NCBI GenBank assembly: GCA_029856365.1
Contig: JAHQWW010000006.1
Span: forward strand, 1-64,000
Reading direction: 5' to 3'
Length of the DNA: 64,000 nucleotides
Origin: Candidatus Hodarchaeota archaeon
Lineage (GTDB): Archaea; Asgardarchaeota; Heimdallarchaeia; Hodarchaeales; Hodarchaeaceae
This document shows, piece after piece, positions 43,224-52,139 of this stretch (its first letter is position 1; every line of letters starts with the position of its first letter). Both the position numbers and the translations under genes were made by a program. The notes below the pieces were generated by a model that worked only from the letters and a program-made list of their open reading frames with translations, was not told the DNA's origin and ran no database searches.

Positions 43224-43541
43224 TTAATAACTTACCGGATATACAAGCACAATAACTCCTATAATCACAATCATAAGTAGACAAATAATGAACCATTCGC
43301 GAAAATATCGCTTTTGGACTACAGGATCCGAGGTTTTAGTCAACTGTGTCCGAAAATTCCATGTAATCAACAAAAGGATAGCTGTAAGAAATATAGGCAT
43401 CAAATTCAGTACAGTATTGTCGAGAACACTCATATATAAGAATATAGCGATGATTAAGATGAAACCATAGCCGATCAAAGAGATATCCAGCAATTTGACT
43501 GGTTTAGGAAGATTAAACCATCCTTCAAGATCAGAACTCAT
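43224..43541 (-). CDS. Three-TM protein resembling DAD1/Ost2
   Basis: PKPVKLLDISL, FRTQL, KRYFREWF in the order and spacing of DAD1 motifs (recalled sequence). Confidence 0.65.
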   Translation of the reverse strand: MSSDLEGWFNLPKPVKLLDISLIGYGFILIIAIFLYMSVLDNTVLNLMPIFLTAILLLITWNFRTQLTKTSDPVVQKRYFREWFIICLLMIVIIGVIVLVYPVSY

Positions 43542-43603
43542 GAGGTTTTCCTCTAGATAGTTTAACTAAACAGTTTTATTTCAATTTTTTAGTGTTTTCA
43601 GTG

Positions 43604-43734
43604 TTTTAGTCTCCCCTAAGCTTAGTAATCAGTCTGGAACATTCTGTAATGTGGTGTATTATTACAGAACTGTCGTTGCCAGTTTTTTACAGAAACCTCA
43701 CTCCAGGGTTGGGAGAAGGTTCTTAAGGACTGAA
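43604..43734 (-). ncRNA. Candidate structured RNA (three-way junction)
   Basis: Closing stem plus two internal hairpins, including perfect ttctgtaat/attacagaa. Confidence 0.4.
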
Positions 43735-43905
43735 TTGTCAATGAAGATATTTCAATTGATTTGCTATTTTAAATTTAATTATGAATCTAGTTTCACCCAA
43801 TTTTAATTTTCCTAAATTCTCTATCTTTTTTGGAACTATAAAAGAATATTTTAAAAATTCAGCCCATTTTACCATCTAATGATGAATATATTGGGGAATC
43901 TTCCA

Positions 43906-45225
43906 ATGAAACGAATAAAAACTGTTATAATAGGCGCTGCTGGACGAGATTTCCATAATTTTAACACTTATTTTCGTAATAATGAAAGATATGACGTGGT
44001 AGCATTTACTGCCACTCAAATTCCCGATATTTCAGGACGAAAATATCCTGCTGAATTAGCTGGATTTTTATATCCCGAAGGTATCCCTATTTATCCTGAA
44101 AAAGATTTACCGTCCTTAATTAGGCAACATAAAGTCGATCAGGTGATCATGGCGTATTCTGATATCTCCCATGTTCAAGTTATGCAAAAAGCTTCTCATG
44201 TCCTTGCTATTGGACCAGATTTTAGATTAATGGGAACTAAGCATACTTGTATAAAGTCAAACAAACCAGTTATTGCAGTATGCGCTGTCAGAACAGGAGC
44301 AGGCAAGAGTCAAGTCTCTAGGAGACTGGGCCAAATCTTACGAAAGCATGGAAAGCGTGTTGCAGTTATTCGGCACCCAATGCCTTATGGTGAATTAAGA
44401 AAACAAATTTGTCAGCGATTTGGTGATTTAGCTGACTTAGATAAACATGAATGCACTATAGAAGAGCGTGAAGAATATGCTCCTCATATTGAGGCAGGTA
44501 ATTTAGTTTTCGCTGGTGTAGATTACGATGTAATTCTAAAAGAAGCAGAGAAAGAAGCAGATATTATTTTGTGGGATGGAGGAAATAATGATTTTCCTTT
44601 TTATGCCCCAGACTTGTGGTTCACTGTTACCGATCCTCATCGTCTTGGACATGAAACTACTTATTATCCTGGTCACACAAATCTTTTAGCTAGTGACGTT
44701 ATAATTGTAAATAAAGTCGATACCGCGAAAACAGAGGATGTTGAAACGTTAATAGAGACCATAAAAGTAGAGAATCCGAAAGCACAGATTATAAAAGCAG
44801 AGAGTATTGTAACGGTTGAAGATCCTGATATAATCAGAGAAAAACGTGTATTGGTTGTTGAAGATGGACCAACAGTGACTCATGGAGATATGGAATACGG
44901 TGCTGGGATGGTTGCAGCCAAAAATAATCATGCTTCAGAAATTATTGACCCTCGCCCTTTCGCAGTTCGTTCCATTAATGATACTTATGAAAAATACACA
45001 CATCTTAAACAAGTTTTGCCTGCAATGGGATATGGAGCAAAACAGATCAAAGACCTTGAAGAAACTATTAATAATACTAATGCCGATACTGTTATCATTG
45101 GTACCCCAATAGATTTACGAAGGTTAATTACTATTAACAAGCCTAATACTCGCATTACTTATGATGTTGATGAGAAAAGTACTAAAGCTCTAGAAAATAT
45201 CCTAGAAGCAAGAGGTTTTATATAA
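43906..45225 (+). CDS. COG2403 P-loop protein, arginine synthetase (ArcE)-like / cDPG synthetase family
   Basis: GAAGRDFHNFN, RTGAGKS, RHPMPYG, TIEEREEY, WDGGNND, EDGPT.THG. Confidence 0.85.
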   Translation: MKRIKTVIIGAAGRDFHNFNTYFRNNERYDVVAFTATQIPDISGRKYPAELAGFLYPEGIPIYPEKDLPSLIRQHKVDQVIMAYSDISHVQVMQKASHVLAIGPDFRLMGTKHTCIKSNKPVIAVCAVRTGAGKSQVSRRLGQILRKHGKRVAVIRHPMPYGELRKQICQRFGDLADLDKHECTIEEREEYAPHIEAGNLVFAGVDYDVILKEAEKEADIILWDGGNNDFPFYAPDLWFTVTDPHRLGHETTYYPGHTNLLASDVIIVNKVDTAKTEDVETLIETIKVENPKAQIIKAESIVTVEDPDIIREKRVLVVEDGPTVTHGDMEYGAGMVAAKNNHASEIIDPRPFAVRSINDTYEKYTHLKQVLPAMGYGAKQIKDLEETINNTNADTVIIGTPIDLRRLITINKPNTRITYDVDEKSTKALENILEARGFI

Positions 45226-45426
45226 TTTAGATTAGTAAGGTTTATCTTCATCTGATACTAGCTTTATTATTTTTCTTTGAGTTTTTAAGGTATCAATCAA
45301 ATCAAGGTAGATTCAATGATTTAAGTTTCTCCCTCCGAAAAAATGTCCTAGAGATAAGTTCTTTTGGTTAAAAAGCCTTTAATTAATACAAGAAAGCAAT
45401 GATAGCATATATAAATTCTGAAAAGT

Positions 45427-45786
45427 TTAATAGGATTCTTGTGTTGATACAACCACCATATATAAGCCAACAATTGCTACAAGTGCACTAACAAATGAAG
45501 TAATGACTCTTTCAAAAGGAGGATATTCGTAGTAATACATTAGAAATGAAATAAGAATGCTCCATCCGAGTCCAAGGCCTCCAATAATCGTTGCGTTATT
45601 TCCTTCATCGAATCCGAAACTCTCGCGATTTCCATACCCAAGTCCAATACCGCCAACTAATCCACCAAACCAGATTATAAATAATACAACATATGGAGGA
45701 TCTGGCGGGGGTGGCAACGCAGTAATGACTGCTATCATTATACTAATTACAAATATTAATGTACCAATTAATGTAGGGGTTTTCAC
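45427..45786 (-). CDS. Four-TM protein resembling KCP2/KRTCAP2
   Basis: GGLVG, GNRESFGFDEG, RV...IVGLY...Y resemble recalled KCP2 motifs; SD gaggt upstream of GTG. Confidence 0.55.
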   Translation of the reverse strand: MKTPTLIGTLIFVISIMIAVITALPPPPDPPYVVLFIIWFGGLVGGIGLGYGNRESFGFDEGNNATIIGGLGLGWSILISFLMYYYEYPPFERVITSFVSALVAIVGLYMVVVSTQESY

Positions 45787-46212
45787 GTTATCAGACCTCT
45801 AAATAAATACACTCTTTGATAGTTAGATTCTCACAGCTGATATGACTTTTAATTTTTTTCATAATTGTACTCGATCTATCGTAAATTTAGATTTGACTAA
45901 CACTCATTAGCAATTTTTCGTTTATAAGCGAGAAATAGTTATGTCGTGAAACGAATTCATACAATCAAACCTCTATAACATAAATTCAGCATATTGGGTT
46001 GATAAATTAATCAAAAAGGTGATTAAATCTAAAAAAAAATTTTACATCTCTTTTTGTTACGCTCGCTATGTAGGATATTATAAGTTCCAAGGTTTGAAAA
46101 GGTATGGATAGAAACCTTTTCTCTTAAAATGAACATATTACTACAACAAAAATTTAAGACCATGATCAAGAGCGATGTAATCGTTGATTTTTCTCACGAA
46201 GTTTATGTTACA

Positions 46213-46369
46213 GGGCCCGTGGCTTAGCCTGGATAAAATTCTGGCTTAGCTTGCTTTTTGTAGGCTTAACCTAGATTACTCCAGATAGAGTACGGCGCTG
46301 CGAGAAGTGAGTATAAGTACCGCTTTCAGTAAGACGCTGGGATCGTGAGTTCAAATCTCACCGGGCCCG
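46213..46369 (+). tRNA. tRNA-Arg(GCG) with two introns (D-loop 46235-46286; anticodon loop 46303-46332)
   Basis: gggcccg/cgggccc acceptor; BHB helices ctgg/ccag and gctg/cagt; mature loop ct-GCG-ga. Confidence 0.88.
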
Positions 46370-46621
46370 TTGCCAATTGTATGATCTTCCGACATGGTTA
46401 TGCAGAGACTTGTTTATCATTAATTCTTTGTTTCAATCAATTTTGTCAGAAAATAGATTATCGTTATTTTTCCTTTATTTTTCTGATTAATTTTAAAATT
46501 CACTAGACCTAATATCACAATATCATGAAGGAATTTAACTTAAGAAAAAGGACTTTAGGATATGTGAAAATCTACTTGTAAAATCTTATCTTTAGCTTAT
46601 CTAGAATTCACCTACCTTCTC

Positions 46622-46957
46622 TTGGAAAAAAAAATGCGACTATCAATTGCTAATATATTTGGAACTTTCAATCGTTCCTTCAGAATAAAAAAAAATAGAA
46701 TCCGCTGCATTTCAATACAGGATTTCACAGATACAGATGATATTGAACTTGAGATGGAACATCATAGTTTAATAATTGTCTTTTTCAAAGAGTTTCGAAT
46801 AAAACAACCAATGCGAGCCAAACGATTTTTGCAGCGACTAAATGCATTCATTCGGCAATATGAATATGATATGTTAAACCTAGGGAAACTTGATTATCTC
46901 TTTCTTTTACCAAAAGATTGTGAACTCACAACAAAGGCCTTAAGTTCAATTGTATGA
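46622..46957 (+). CDS. SepF-like protein
   Basis: Pattern LIIVFF...RFLQRLNAF....DMLNLG..YLFLLP resembles the archaeal SepF core. Confidence 0.55.
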   Translation: MEKKMRLSIANIFGTFNRSFRIKKNRIRCISIQDFTDTDDIELEMEHHSLIIVFFKEFRIKQPMRAKRFLQRLNAFIRQYEYDMLNLGKLDYLFLLPKDCELTTKALSSIV

Positions 46958-46980
46958 CTTTTTAGTATTTATTGCCTTTC

Positions 46981-48246
46981 TTATTTTTTCTTCCCTAAAT
47001 TTATGTATATGATTATTGCAGTTGATAGAAATAGGATAGAAGATGCCAAAAATAAGCCCTGAAGAGCTAGGTTTGGTGGGTTCGGTGTAGGAAATGGAGG
47101 TTTTATATATATGCGGCCAACACTTAATTCAAGAGGTAGATAACCGATACGGCTAGCGATGAACACTACATCACAATATCCATAACTCAAGCCCTCTGTA
47201 CTCACCCAACCAGAATAATTGGAAGCATTATTAGGAAATATATGCATTATTCTTGAACTCAGAATAGTGCCTGTACGTTCAAGAGTAATGATTAGTTTTA
47301 CTTGCGAAAGACTTTGGTTTTGAGAATTTACCAAAGTGACATTACCGTGAATTATTTCTCCAATATCAATTGATTGACCATCTAAATCTACCCATGGATT
47401 ATAAAAATTCATTATTCCAGTATTTTTTCCTAACCATCTTATCGCATTCAAAATGAAATCTGTGTTATCTAAGAAAATCTTTGTAGTATTGGCAAGAGGT
47501 TCGATATAACTGTTATTAAACATGTCTACTGATCCAATAGCTAATATTCGGGCCCCATTTTCAAATTCTAGAGTTGAAATCAAAGTATTATTCCCCGATG
47601 GAGCTTCTTCAGAATTATCAACTAGGATAGGATTATAATACACTATAGCTGGAGATTGATAACTTTCTAGCTTTGATTCATTTACTGATATTCCCATTCC
47701 GTTGGGGCATATGATTTGGGAAATGTTTTCCGTTAAAGGAGTAATTGGTGTCGTGAAATTTCGAGCCAAGGCCTTTTTTGATATAATAGAGCTTGAATAA
47801 TTGAAGGTTAAACCAAAAACATTCAGGACATCATTTGATGGCTCTCTCGTTTGGTTTCTATAACTGGAAGCTATCAGTACGGAGTTCCCTTTCTTTATAA
47901 ACTCTTCTAAGACCATAATTTCCGTTTCAGGATCAAAGCTTAAGGTAGGTGCTAATATAGTTAATACATCAATACCTGCTAAATTCTCCGACGTGAATTT
48001 TTCCTTAAGAAATACAACTTGCTGGGAACTAAAGGTAGTATTAAGAATGGACGTCAAATTAGTGATCTCACTGGTATTAATATCATTTTGGTGATATATA
48101 TCAATTCCAATAATGATTTCAGATTCAATGGTGGGTTTAACTGTTCCCTGAACTATTATTAGATTCAAATAAGAATTATTAGTAGTAAGAATAGTGAGAA
48201 AGAATACTATGACTATTATGATCCAAGAATTCTTCAGTTTACTCAA
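46981..48246 (-). CDS. OST48/Wbp1-like type I membrane protein (GIFT-type lumenal domain)
   Basis: Signal peptide; [49 protein letters not shown]; C-terminal TM. Confidence 0.72.
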   Translation of the reverse strand: [421 protein letters not shown]

Positions 48247-48424
48247 TAAAAATTCCTCTTTCTTAATATTCGTTGTCTTTCTTGAATTAGTATGTCACAT
48301 ATTGTATATCCGACTATTAGAGAAATATCGGAGGCGTAGAAGGTCAATTTTAACCCATTATACTGTCTTTTTTATGTACTTGGTTTTTTGATAATTATGG
48401 AAATTACTTTTCTAGGTTCAAAGA

Positions 48425-48994
48425 TTAAGGTACCACAGCACGATAGATGATAAACTCACCTGCTGTGGGACTTTTACGTATTATTTTCAGTACATCTCCG
48501 ACTTTAGCACCTAGAAGTTGTACAGCAGGATCTTCCGCTGATATTTTTGGTAATTGATACTTGAAAATAGAATATCTTTTCTCTAATTCCTTGATTTCGT
48601 CTTCGGTGGCAAATTCATGTAGAGGTACTAAATAATGTTTAAATAAATTAAAGAAAGGAAACTTGATCGAAAAGGTTTCAATATTAGCGGCTTTTGCCTC
48701 TCGTTTCGCATAATGAGTATATTTGCTTAAGGCAAGCAGAATGGCGTGATCATAATTTTTTTTCTCTATTTCTTCCTTGTAATCACGTAATTCCCGAACA
48801 CCAACAACTTCTTTTGTTGGAATACGTACAATAATTGTTTTCTTGTTGGCGTCTTTTCCGTAAATATCATAAAATTCATCCTTTTCAATCTCAGAAGTTA
48901 CAGTAAACCCTCTTGTTGAAAGAATTGATTTAGCTCCGTCAATAACTCGTTCTTTACGGCCACTCACACTCTGTATTCTCCAAATGCAGCTCAT
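48425..48994 (-). CDS. rpoH: RNA polymerase subunit Rpo5 (H) with RPB5-like N-terminal domain
   Basis: C-terminal HYLVPLHE...LPKISAEDP...GDVLKIIRKSPTAG..YRAV plus ~110-aa N-terminal extension. Confidence 0.92.
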   Translation of the reverse strand: MSCIWRIQSVSGRKERVIDGAKSILSTRGFTVTSEIEKDEFYDIYGKDANKKTIIVRIPTKEVVGVRELRDYKEEIEKKNYDHAILLALSKYTHYAKREAKAANIETFSIKFPFFNLFKHYLVPLHEFATEDEIKELEKRYSIFKYQLPKISAEDPAVQLLGAKVGDVLKIIRKSPTAGEFIIYRAVVP

Positions 48995-49194
48995 TCTGTC
49001 AATGATGTCGCGTTTTTTTGTGTTTTTCTCTTTTTTGAGTCACATAAATCCTGTTAAAATCTTCGTTCAGTCTCCCTCGGAAAAAATCCAGACATGAAAG
49101 GAATTATTTACCAAAAATTTCAGCTTAAAATGATTTTTACTGAAGAATTTTAAAAAAAAATACTACCTTCGAGAAATAAAAACGAATTTCCTGT

Positions 49195-51207
49195 TTATGA
49201 TACAGATTCTTCTAATCCCTTAGAAGGAATCGGGAAAAAATCATCATTTTGATACTTGACTAATGGACAGAAATCATTACAAATCAGGCAGCGAGTACAT
49301 TGCTTTTCAACAACTTTAATAACTCCTGATTCGACTAGAAGAGCATTATTATCGCATTGATAGGTACAAATCCCACATCCGTCACAATAGATTATTCGGT
49401 ATAATGTTCTAACTAGAGAATTAATTGTTTTAACTAATAACGGAATATTTTTACTTTTAATTGTAATAGAACCATCTCGAAAGATGTCTATACGTCCTTG
49501 TTTCTTTGTTGTAATTGATAGAATGTCCATTTCCTTATTATATTCAATGGGACCATGGATTGAAATTAAACGCCTAATTCTTGGTAAATCTAGCATTTGA
49601 TTTGCTAACACATATGCTGAATAACCACCTTGAGTACATGGAGATGGAGAATTTATAACACGAAAAGCTAACTTAATTTCATTTAAAAAAGACAAATTTT
49701 GGCTTGAATATATTATATTGTGAGCTTTCAATAAATTAATAACCTTCTGAGGCAAGAATTTCCAGCGCCATAATCCCCAACTGATATACTGATCTGGTAA
49801 TCCATGTTTCTCTTGAATTTTGTGCAGTTTGTATTCTAATTTACTAATTAATGAGGGATAGGATTCATTCATGATTTTAAAATCAGCCAAGGTTGAAGCA
49901 GGGCACAACCAGCAACCGATTCTAATAAGTCCTTTGAAATATAATGGATTCAAAAATTTCACAAGGTTATGTTTTTGAATGTATAAAAAAACTTCAAAAG
50001 CATTCCAGTTTCTAATTGGTGACGCTGTGATTTGTTTAGGAATCCACGGATTTTGAGACACTTGTGGTTCTCGAGAACGTCCTAATGATTCATATCTTCT
50101 TCTTCCAATGTAAGTTAGTACCTGTTTATCACCAGGAAAGATTTTTTCCAATATTTTATTCACAGGTAATAATTTGGCTGATTTACAACACCATCGAGAG
50201 TTCCTCGAGGGTGGTCCAAACTGATCAAATCGTTTCCAAAATTCCCAAGACTCATTTTTTTGCGTAATTACTTTTCTTTGATATTTTTGCTCAATTAATC
50301 CCATATTTTCGAGTGTTTCAGGATATTCCAGACCTGTATCAGAAAAAATAATCTCATAGGATACATTAGACCGCGCCACTAGATCTAACGTTACTAGAGA
50401 ATCTTTTCCACCAGAATAAGCCACAACATGCTTTTCAAACCTCTTTGCTATTCTTTCAATGAATTTAATTGCATCTTTTTCAAGAATTTCCAGTGAATGT
50501 AAGTTAGCATCAATTATTTGTTCCCAAGTTAGCGTCTTTGGGCTTATTGTACAAGTGACTTTCTTCTTACGATACTTTGTTTTAACAGCAACGCCCTTGT
50601 TGTGTGATCCCATTTGACCACCTTTCATTTTAGCAAGACCAACTGCAATTACTTCGTTTTGACATACGATTATTACAGGATCATTCACAGAAATATTTGT
50701 ATCAGCAGATACAACACCAGGGGAAAGGACTGAAGCACCCTTAATGATTGGTTCTTTAGCTCCGATATCAACAGCCACCCATCCTTTGGATTGAGCATTC
50801 CATAATTCTATTGCTAGAGAGATTCTGGGAAGTAACTCAAAATTCTCTTTAACAAGATTAAATCGAAAAATTCCGATTATTTCACCTTGTAGAATTATTT
50901 CATCCATACGGTCTATGAAAGGAACTTTATTTAGAAGAATCACTTGATTCTTAATCAATTTTCGAAACTTTTGGGCAGAAACATCACCAAATTGAGTTTT
51001 AACCACTGAAATCATCCTCCCCAAATCACCTTGAAATGCAGGCCGAAAGTCTCCAGGAGGAGATAACAATATTTTTCTCCCTTTTTCTTGACATAGAGAA
51101 CATTTTTCACGAATTAGTGGCACATGACATGAATCACACCAAAAGAACCTTATTTTTCCTAAATAGGGTATTTTCACTTTCGTTTCGCCGCTACTAAGAA
51201 TTAACAA
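49195..51207 (-). CDS. PAPS-reductase-family protein with PUA and ferredoxin domains
   Basis: YSGGKDS, DTGLE, RWCC, RIGCWLCP, C-terminal CxxCxxC motifs. Confidence 0.88.
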   Translation of the reverse strand: MLILSSGETKVKIPYLGKIRFFWCDSCHVPLIREKCSLCQEKGRKILLSPPGDFRPAFQGDLGRMISVVKTQFGDVSAQKFRKLIKNQVILLNKVPFIDRMDEIILQGEIIGIFRFNLVKENFELLPRISLAIELWNAQSKGWVAVDIGAKEPIIKGASVLSPGVVSADTNISVNDPVIIVCQNEVIAVGLAKMKGGQMGSHNKGVAVKTKYRKKKVTCTISPKTLTWEQIIDANLHSLEILEKDAIKFIERIAKRFEKHVVAYSGGKDSLVTLDLVARSNVSYEIIFSDTGLEYPETLENMGLIEQKYQRKVITQKNESWEFWKRFDQFGPPSRNSRWCCKSAKLLPVNKILEKIFPGDKQVLTYIGRRRYESLGRSREPQVSQNPWIPKQITASPIRNWNAFEVFLYIQKHNLVKFLNPLYFKGLIRIGCWLCPASTLADFKIMNESYPSLISKLEYKLHKIQEKHGLPDQYISWGLWRWKFLPQKVINLLKAHNIIYSSQNLSFLNEIKLAFRVINSPSPCTQGGYSAYVLANQMLDLPRIRRLISIHGPIEYNKEMDILSITTKKQGRIDIFRDGSITIKSKNIPLLVKTINSLVRTLYRIIYCDGCGICTYQCDNNALLVESGVIKVVEKQCTRCLICNDFCPLVKYQNDDFFPIPSKGLEESVS

Positions 51208-51471
51208 ATTGTATTAGAAGGAAGATTTGTAATAAATAAATTTAAACGTTTAATTCTATGTCACTCATAATAAAAAAAGAAGAAATAGAAAATCTTTTTG
51301 AGATTACCTCATAGGATTCTTGGTAGTTAAAAAATTCTTAATGAACTTATTTTTAATAGTCTTACGATGATAAAAATTAATGAGAAAATGAATTATAACA
51401 AAGAATTACCCCATATACGAAGTAACGCCAATTCTATTAATTGAAAAAGAAAAATATTCCTAAATAAAATT

Positions 51472-51906
51472 GTGGAAAACATGCCATCACCTTTTTGTAA
51501 GAAATGTGGAACTTTGATTGTACCTAGGGCGAAAAAAACGAGGAAAAATATAATATTCTGGTGCCCAAACTGTCGAGAAGAAATTGAAATTGAAGATACT
51601 ACTATTTTCCAGGAACATTCACCAATAGAACATACCCCTCGCGATTATACTCGTATTCTAGAGGATGAACCACCTCCAATACCTAAGATTTTTAGTCAAA
51701 CATATGAGGAACGTCGTAAAAAACAATGCCATCATCCTAATGCTGTCTTTCAAGGTTTCTATCAGTTTTCTCGTGGAGATGAGGCGTCACGAAAATATTG
51801 GTACTGTAAAGACTGTGGCCAAGTTTTTCGATTTTCTGGCAGAGTAGATATAAAGCCAAGACGGCGACTAATATCTAAAGAGGATGAAACTAATCCCAAG
51901 AAATAA
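51472..51906 (+). CDS. TFS/RpoM-family transcript cleavage factor paralogue
   Basis: N-terminal FCKKCG..CPNC ribbon; C-terminal QFSRGDE...YCKDCG. Confidence 0.75.
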   Translation: MENMPSPFCKKCGTLIVPRAKKTRKNIIFWCPNCREEIEIEDTTIFQEHSPIEHTPRDYTRILEDEPPPIPKIFSQTYEERRKKQCHHPNAVFQGFYQFSRGDEASRKYWYCKDCGQVFRFSGRVDIKPRRRLISKEDETNPKK

Positions 51907-52139
51907 GATGATCATTGATTAAATAGAAAAAGTAGTTTGTAACTCCATTAGCTAGCCTTTTTTGATGAATAAATTAATAGAAAGTATTTTCAAATGAAAA
52001 AAATGTACCTCATCTTTTTATATTATCCGAAATCCAAGAAAGTACTTATTTGTATGTTTTAGATTAGATAGATAGAATAATAACTTTTAATAAAGTGTCT
52101 TAAGTTGTTTTATATACCATTTCAGTGTTACATATTTAA

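Noticed and set aside
46981-46998. C-terminal GKKK of the OST48-like protein as a dilysine ER-retrieval signal
   Set aside because: Lys is at -3 but not at -4 or -5; the positive-inside rule explains it
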